From the sequence record SRR20825010_4462: a DNA stretch of 54,163 nucleotides; one strand, written 5' to 3'. Of the stretch, positions 48,256 through 54,163 are shown in pieces. Position 1 is the first letter of the stretch. Every line of letters begins with the position of its first letter. The notes under the pieces were generated by a model. The model saw nothing but the letters and a program-made list of their open reading frames with translations. It was not told the DNA's origin and did no database searches. The position numbers and the translations under genes are program-made.

Positions 48256-49437
48256 ATGAAAAAGGATTATTTTAAGTACCAGGCACAAACTTCTTCGCAT
48301 CCTTTGGCTTTGGAAATTTTTCATGCCAAGGGTAGTTATATTTACGACACCCAAGGAAAGGCACATTTAGATTTTGTTGCAGGAGTATCTGCATGCAGCT
48401 TGGGGCATTGCCACCCCAGAGTGGTAACTGCCATCCAAGAGCAAGCGCAAAAATATATGCATGTTATGGTTTACGGCGAGTATATCCAAGAACCGGCCGT
48501 AGCCTATACCAAGTTGCTTGCAAGCCTACTCCCTGCGCCACTGGAAACCACCTATTTGGTAAATTCCGGGACAGAGGCTATTGAAGGCGCACTGAAATTA
48601 GCTAGAAGGTTTACCGGAAGAAGCCAAATTATTGCAGCTAAACACGCCTACCATGGAAATACAATGGGAAGTCTGAGCATAATGGGCTTTGAAGAACGGA
48701 AAAGTGCGTTTAGGCCCCTTATTCCGGACGTTGGCTTTATTCAATTTAATTCAGAAGAGGATTTATTGTCCATAACCGAAAAAACAGCAGCCGTTGTATT
48801 GGAAACCATCCAAGGGGGTGCCGGTTTTATTTTACCGGAGAACGGATATTTAAAGAAGGTAAGGGAACGATGTACGGCCGTGGGTGCCATGTTAATATTG
48901 GATGAGATCCAGCCTGGATTTGGACGAACGGGAAAATTGTTCGCTTTTGAACACTTCGATTGTATTCCGGATATTCTGGTTATTGGAAAAGGCATGGCCG
49001 GCGGAATGCCAGTAGGTGCATTTGTGGCTTCCCACAACATGATGCAGTCATTGATAGAGAACCCCAAACTTGGTCATATTACAACCTTTGGGGGAAATCC
49101 AGTAATTGCAGCCGCCTGCCTTGCAACCTTACAAGAAATAACGGAAGGCAAGCTTATTCAGGAATCCCTGGAAAAGGAAGTTCTTTTTAGAAACCTTTTG
49201 CAGCACAAATTAATAAAGGAAATTCGAGGTAAAGGATTAATGTTGGCCTTAATGATGGAAAAACCTGAAATGGCCAATGAGGTAATCCTTAAATGTGCCG
49301 AGAAAGGCCTAATATTATTCTGGCTCCTTTTTGAACCAAATGCAATTCGTATTTCACCGCCATTGACCATTAGCAATCAAGAAATTAGCCTTGGATGTTC
49401 ACTAATTTTAGAGGTGCTGGACGGGCTTAAACAATAA
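48256..49437 (+). CDS. class III PLP-dependent aminotransferase (acetylornithine aminotransferase-like)
   Basis: NSGTEA.EGA.KLA, YHG.T, DEIQ.G.GRTG, GKG..GG.P and TTFGGNP motifs. Confidence 0.92.
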   Translation: MKKDYFKYQAQTSSHPLALEIFHAKGSYIYDTQGKAHLDFVAGVSACSLGHCHPRVVTAIQEQAQKYMHVMVYGEYIQEPAVAYTKLLASLLPAPLETTYLVNSGTEAIEGALKLARRFTGRSQIIAAKHAYHGNTMGSLSIMGFEERKSAFRPLIPDVGFIQFNSEEDLLSITEKTAAVVLETIQGGAGFILPENGYLKKVRERCTAVGAMLILDEIQPGFGRTGKLFAFEHFDCIPDILVIGKGMAGGMPVGAFVASHNMMQSLIENPKLGHITTFGGNPVIAAACLATLQEITEGKLIQESLEKEVLFRNLLQHKLIKEIRGKGLMLALMMEKPEMANEVILKCAEKGLILFWLLFEPNAIRISPPLTISNQEISLGCSLILEVLDGLKQ

Positions 49438-49532
49438 ATTGTTAACTAATTTGTTAATATAATAGACCAAATCTGTCGGAATTAAGGGTTTCAAAAGACT
49501 ACTTTAGTTCCAATGAATAATTAGAAGTTCCT

Positions 49533-50933
49533 ATGGCGTTAGAACCAAACGAGAGACCAGGGCAACCAATTGCTAAGTTTGAATCCATGCTCAAGACCGA
49601 CGATGTCTACTTCTTTGACGCGGAAGATTTTCAAGATATTATTCACCACTACCTCAATAACGGTAAAATTGCATTGGCCAAAAAAGCCATTAAAATAGGG
49701 CTTCAACAGCATCCTGACAGTATAGAACTTAAGTTATTGTCTATAGAAGTCCTTGTTTTTGAAAATAATCTGGAGTTGGCGGAGAAGATGCTGGATGAAC
49801 TACAGGTAATAGACAGCAACAACGAGGAAATATACATACAAAGGGCCAATATTTATTCCAAGAAAGACAACCACGAAGCAGCGGTCTCCCTTTTGACCCA
49901 TGCATTAAATTTAACTGATGACAGTTTTGACATCCATTCCTTACTAGGGATGGAATATTTGTTCATGGATAATTTTGAGGACGCCAAACAAAATTTCATG
50001 ATGTGTGTGTCCTACGATGAAGAGGATTATTCATCACTTTACAATGTTATCTATTGTTTCGAATTTCTTGAGGATTATGATGGTGCCATAGTGTACCTAA
50101 ATGATTATCTTGAAAGAAACCCATACAGCGAAGTTGCATGGCACCAATTGGGCAAAATGTATTTTACGAAAAAGATGCACAAAGAGGCCCTGGCCGCTTT
50201 TGACTTTGCCATTATCTCCGATGACACCTTTATCGGTGCCTATTTTGAAAAAGGAAAGGTATTGGAAAAAATGGGCAAATACAATGAGGCCATTGAGAAT
50301 TATGAGACCACTATTGCCATTGAAGACCCTACCTCCCACGCTTATTTAAGGATCGGCAGATGTCATGAAAAATTAAAGAATGACGAATTGGCCAAATCCT
50401 ATTATTACAGGACGGTTCATGAAGACCCTTTGTTGGATAAAGGATGGTTGGCAATTACGGAATATTACATTAGACAAGAGGATTATGAAAAGGCCTTATA
50501 CTACATCAATAAGGCCATTAATATTGATGGGGAAAATTCCAAATACTGGAAAAAATGCGGAAAGATCCACGCTACCTTAAAAAATAACGACGAGGCCTAC
50601 TATGCTTATCAACAGGCCGTAGACCTGGGAAATTACGAATTTGACACTTGGTTTCATTGGGCGGATGTAGCCGTACAGAACTTGGACGTTTATGCGGCCA
50701 TAGAAATATTGCTCCAAGGTCATGAATTTTATCCACAGCGCTGTGAAATGCAGTATAAAATGGCAGGATTCTATCTGCTAATAAGTGACTTCCCCAGAGC
50801 TCAGTACAGATTGATCAACGCCCTTAAAATAGACCTTGACCAACTACATTTATTTGAGGACGAATTTCCCCAATTCTTCAACACAGAATGGGCCCAAAAC
50901 TTAATTGAGGATGTGAAAAAAGCTTCCAGATAA
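49533..50933 (+). CDS. tetratricopeptide repeat protein
   Basis: Multiple 34-aa TPR patterns (AW..LG, A...KG, A...IG). Confidence 0.9.
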   Translation: MALEPNERPGQPIAKFESMLKTDDVYFFDAEDFQDIIHHYLNNGKIALAKKAIKIGLQQHPDSIELKLLSIEVLVFENNLELAEKMLDELQVIDSNNEEIYIQRANIYSKKDNHEAAVSLLTHALNLTDDSFDIHSLLGMEYLFMDNFEDAKQNFMMCVSYDEEDYSSLYNVIYCFEFLEDYDGAIVYLNDYLERNPYSEVAWHQLGKMYFTKKMHKEALAAFDFAIISDDTFIGAYFEKGKVLEKMGKYNEAIENYETTIAIEDPTSHAYLRIGRCHEKLKNDELAKSYYYRTVHEDPLLDKGWLAITEYYIRQEDYEKALYYINKAINIDGENSKYWKKCGKIHATLKNNDEAYYAYQQAVDLGNYEFDTWFHWADVAVQNLDVYAAIEILLQGHEFYPQRCEMQYKMAGFYLLISDFPRAQYRLINALKIDLDQLHLFEDEFPQFFNTEWAQNLIEDVKKASR

Positions 50934-50961
50934 ATAAACTATTTTTGTTTTTTTATCATAT

Positions 50962-51879
50962 ATGGAAAATCGCAATCTTTTAGCTTACATCTTTATTTTA
51001 TTAAAAGGAATGGCCATGGGCGCTGCGGATGTTGTGCCCGGTGTATCGGGAGGCACCATTGCTTTTATCTCCGGAATTTACGAAGAACTCATCACCAGTA
51101 TTAACAACGTAAACGTTTCCCTTTTAAATACATTGAGAAAGGAGGGTATAAAAGCCTTTTGGACCAAACTTAACGGAAACTTTCTACTGGCTTTGCTTCT
51201 TGGCATAGGTATTAGTGTCCTATCCTTGGCCAAACTCATTAGTTGGTTAATGGAGAACGAACCCATACCCTTATGGTCCTTTTTCTTTGGCCTGGTTGTG
51301 GCCAGTATTATATTGGTAGGCAAGGAAATAAAAAAATGGAATTTGGCCGCTATAATAATTTTAATCCTGGGAGCTGCCATAGCCTTTTACGTTACAAAGT
51401 TGCCCCCTTCCGAAAATTCGGCATCACTCCCATATTTATTCTTTTCCGGGGCTTTGGCCATATGCGCCATGATTTTACCTGGCATATCCGGAGCGTTTAT
51501 CCTAGTACTTTTGGGATCCTATAAAACGGTATTGGATGCAGTTCATGAGCGAGATCTTAAAATTGTATTCACAGTTGGCCTAGGAGCCATTTTTGGACTA
51601 CTGAGCTTTGCCAAACTTCTAAAATGGATGTTTGTACATTATAAAAATCTAACCTTGGCCCTATTGACCGGGTTTATTTTAGGCTCATTAAACAAAATAT
51701 GGCCTTGGAAAGAAGTTCTGGAGACCAAAATGTTCGGGGAAAAAATAATTACCATAAAAGATCAAAACATCTCTCCATTCTCTTTCGACGGGGACCCTCA
51801 ATTAATAAGTGCCATTATTCTGGCTTTACTTGGTTTTTCCCTTATTTTTATACTGGAAAAATTGGCCGCTAAAAAATAA
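50962..51879 (+). CDS. DUF368 family membrane protein (putative undecaprenyl-phosphate translocase)
   Basis: GAADVVPGVSGGTIA and AMILPGISG re-entrant motifs. Confidence 0.92.
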   Translation: MENRNLLAYIFILLKGMAMGAADVVPGVSGGTIAFISGIYEELITSINNVNVSLLNTLRKEGIKAFWTKLNGNFLLALLLGIGISVLSLAKLISWLMENEPIPLWSFFFGLVVASIILVGKEIKKWNLAAIIILILGAAIAFYVTKLPPSENSASLPYLFFSGALAICAMILPGISGAFILVLLGSYKTVLDAVHERDLKIVFTVGLGAIFGLLSFAKLLKWMFVHYKNLTLALLTGFILGSLNKIWPWKEVLETKMFGEKIITIKDQNISPFSFDGDPQLISAIILALLGFSLIFILEKLAAKK

Positions 51880-51893
51880 ACGCCCAACCCCAA

Positions 51894-52907
51894 ATGAGAA
51901 ACCCCAGAACATTCACGGATAAATTTTTCCTTGTTATCAAGGGCTTGTTCATGGGTGCCGCCAATAAAGTTCCAGGCGTATCAGGTGGTATAGTTGCTTT
52001 TGTAGGGGGGTTTTATGAAGAGTTTATCTATTCCCTACAAAAAGTAAACGGAAAAGCTTTTAAGCTCTTGGTCAGTGGAAGGTTAAAAAGCTTCTATCGT
52101 TACACCAATGGCCAGTTTTTAACGCTACTAATTTTTGGCATGTTGGTGAGTTATTTCAGTGTGTCCAAAATTTTGGATTATTTTCTGGAAAGAAATGAGC
52201 TCTATGTGTGGTCTGCCTTCTTTGGAATGATATTGGGCTCCATTTACTATATAGGAAAGGACTTTGGGCATTGGGGCAAAAAGACCATTCCGGCAGGAAT
52301 AGTTGGATTGATCATAGGCATATCTATAAGCTTCCTTAATCCCGCTACACAAAACGACAATTTAATCTTTATCTTTTTTTGCGGCATTATCAGTGTCTCT
52401 GGCATGACCTTGCCAGGACTATCCGGTTCTTTTATATTGATCCTTCTTGGCAATTATGTGCTTCTCTTGGTTGATTCCGTAAACGCACTTTATGACACCT
52501 TTTCGGAAGTCTTTACAGGCGATTTTAGTTTTATTAAAAACCCAACACGGCTCAATACCTTAAAAATATTGGCTGTATTCACCACGGGATCAGCTGCCGG
52601 ATTGGTAACCCTCTCCCATCTATTGACTTACGTCCTAAAACATTATAGACATTTAACAACAGCCGTAATTATAGGTTTTATTACCGGCTCATTGGGAGTG
52701 GTATGGCCCTGGAAACGCACTTTGTTCAAAACGGATATCAGTGGCAATTTACTCTTGGACACCAATAATAACCCAATAATAAAGAATTATGAAAGATTTC
52801 TGCCAAATTTGGGATCTTCGGAAACTTGGTGGGCCATTTTTTTTATATTTTTTGGGGTATTAATTTTATTAGGATTAGACTGGTATGGAAAAAACAGAAA
52901 GAGATAA
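51894..52907 (+). CDS. DUF368 family membrane protein, divergent paralog
   Basis: GAANKVPGVSGG.VA and GMTLPGLSGS motifs. Confidence 0.9.
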   Translation: MRNPRTFTDKFFLVIKGLFMGAANKVPGVSGGIVAFVGGFYEEFIYSLQKVNGKAFKLLVSGRLKSFYRYTNGQFLTLLIFGMLVSYFSVSKILDYFLERNELYVWSAFFGMILGSIYYIGKDFGHWGKKTIPAGIVGLIIGISISFLNPATQNDNLIFIFFCGIISVSGMTLPGLSGSFILILLGNYVLLLVDSVNALYDTFSEVFTGDFSFIKNPTRLNTLKILAVFTTGSAAGLVTLSHLLTYVLKHYRHLTTAVIIGFITGSLGVVWPWKRTLFKTDISGNLLLDTNNNPIIKNYERFLPNLGSSETWWAIFFIFFGVLILLGLDWYGKNRKR

Positions 52908-53637
52908 GATTCGATTTGGATTAATTGGTAAAAATATTTCCTATTCATTTTCAAGGGGCTATTTTACCAAGAAATTCTCTGAAATGGGACTGGAAAGGCA
53001 TTCATACGAGAATTTTGATTTGGAGCATATTGACAAGTTTAAGGGCCTATTGGAACAAAACAGCAATATCCAAGGTTTCAACGTAACTATTCCCTACAAA
53101 GAACAAATTATGCCCTTTTTATCGAAAATAGATCCGGAAGCCCAAGCTATTGGGGCTGTGAATACCATTAAGATAGTTGGGCAACAAACAATAGGTTTCA
53201 ATACGGACGCCTATGGTTTTCAAAAATCTATAGAACCCCATCTAAGGCAGCATCATAAAACAGCGCTTATCCTTGGTACCGGTGGCGCTTCCAAGGCAGT
53301 GGCATTTGTACTTAATAAATTGGGAATAAACTATAAATTTGTCTCTAGAAACCCTAAAGACAAGCAGCTCAATTATACAGATCTTAACAAGGAAGTGTTA
53401 ACGGAACATACGGTAATTGTAAATTGCACTCCTTTAGGTACTTTCCCAAACATAAACGACAAGCCAGACCTGCCTTACAACTTCATTAGCAATCAACATT
53501 TGCTTTTCGACCTTATCTACAACCCGGAAAAAACAGCATTTTTGCTGGCGGGCGAACAGCAAGGCGGTAAAATAAGCAATGGCTCCAACATGCTTCAATT
53601 TCAGGCAGAAAAATCGTGGGAGATATGGAATTCCTAG
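52885..53637 (+). CDS. aroE: shikimate dehydrogenase
   Basis: S.S, NVTIPYK, GAVNT, NTD..GF, GTGGA, N.TP.G, D.IYNP..T and G..ML..QA motifs. Confidence 0.95.
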   Translation: MEKTERDKIRFGLIGKNISYSFSRGYFTKKFSEMGLERHSYENFDLEHIDKFKGLLEQNSNIQGFNVTIPYKEQIMPFLSKIDPEAQAIGAVNTIKIVGQQTIGFNTDAYGFQKSIEPHLRQHHKTALILGTGGASKAVAFVLNKLGINYKFVSRNPKDKQLNYTDLNKEVLTEHTVIVNCTPLGTFPNINDKPDLPYNFISNQHLLFDLIYNPEKTAFLLAGEQQGGKISNGSNMLQFQAEKSWEIWNS

Positions 53638-53789
53638 CATAAGAAGCTATGAGATCCCTTTTGACGATAAAAATTACAGAAATTCCCCTGTAAAAAATCC
53701 TTAAAAAGAAGTTTCATTACCTTTGATATATAGACGGATGTAATTATATTTCCGTACATTACATTTAGAAAGCTATAAACATTCATAAA

Positions 53790-54163
53790 ATGTTAGAAGA
53801 TAAAGAAGACAACCTACAGAATAATGTAGGTACAGAGGAAACCTCAGGAAGTACCGAAGAAAAAAATAATTCGGAATCCGAGACAGAGGCCAATTCTGCT
53901 CCCAGTCCTGAGACCATTGAAACCGATTCTGGAAAAAACACCAAGGAAGTCGTGGAAGATAAAAGTGCTCCTATCGATTTGGAAACCAAGGACGAAGGAA
54001 AACTAAAAGAATCTTCAACCCAAAAAGCTCCGGAAAAAGAAGAATCCCCAGAAGAAGTTGGGACTACCGAAGATGTAGTGAAAAATAAAAAGTCCGCAGA
54101 AGCTACTGAGGAAAAAGAGGAAGATGTTCTGGAAGAAATAGATGAATCCAATGCAGAGGATGC
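53790..54163 (+). CDS. N-terminal acidic region of a long protein (DUF349-like), truncated by the window end
   Basis: ATG at 53790 in A-rich context; open frame MLEDKEDNLQ...EEIDESNAED; Glu/Ser/Lys-rich; family call from recalled similarity and position after aroE. Confidence 0.7.
   Translation, partial: MLEDKEDNLQNNVGTEETSGSTEEKNNSESETEANSAPSPETIETDSGKNTKEVVEDKSAPIDLETKDEGKLKESSTQKAPEKEESPEEVGTTEDVVKNKKSAEATEEKEEDVLEEIDESNAED

Noticed and set aside
49438-49460. TTGTTAA direct repeat as DnaA boxes or oriC
   Set aside because: Only two poor matches in a 95-bp gap; expected by chance in AT-rich DNA.
53783-54151. 122-aa Ser-rich minus-strand ORF
   Set aside because: It is the antisense of the Glu-rich plus-strand gene starting at 53790.
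1-54163. CRISPR array, tRNA/rRNA, IS element, integrase, prophage or defence system
   Set aside because: No regularly spaced repeats, tRNA arms, or transposase, integrase or phage-like ORFs were seen; gene content is core-genome-like throughout.

Overview
AT-rich chromosomal window from a Bacteroidota bacterium, most likely a marine Flavobacteriaceae. This is inferred from gldI, the Bacteroidota-type purM/pyrF/fur, TAnnTTTG promoters and A-rich starts lacking Shine-Dalgarno sites. It holds about 52 mostly core genes: grpE-dnaJ, mnmD, ilvE, crcB, glnB-amtB-porin, icmF, purU, prfA-pyrF, apbE, purM, divergent GSIII/GSII glutamine synthetases, nrnA-gldI-PPIase, pepD, rel-fur-purA, an OstA-like protein, a DUF368 pair and aroE. 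I saw no rRNA, tRNA, CRISPR array, IS element or prophage. The strongest unexplained signal is a shared cis-element, TACCC-N11-GGGG, in the two nitrogen-assimilation promoters 21 kb apart. It matches at 22/23 nt between 7235-7257 and 28689-28711, occurs as pairs 52 bp apart at both loci, and sits at the same distance from the -7 promoter element. It is a candidate operator for an unidentified Flavobacteriaceae nitrogen regulon that also includes an atypical P-II and an outer-membrane porin. Other leads are three candidate structured RNAs, a sigma54-like grpE promoter, a 58-aa ORF missed by the ORF track, apparently leaderless genes, an OstA-SPOR fusion, a hydrolase with Asp at the nucleophile position, and a divergent DUF368 pair. 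All calls come from reading the sequence; no searches were run.
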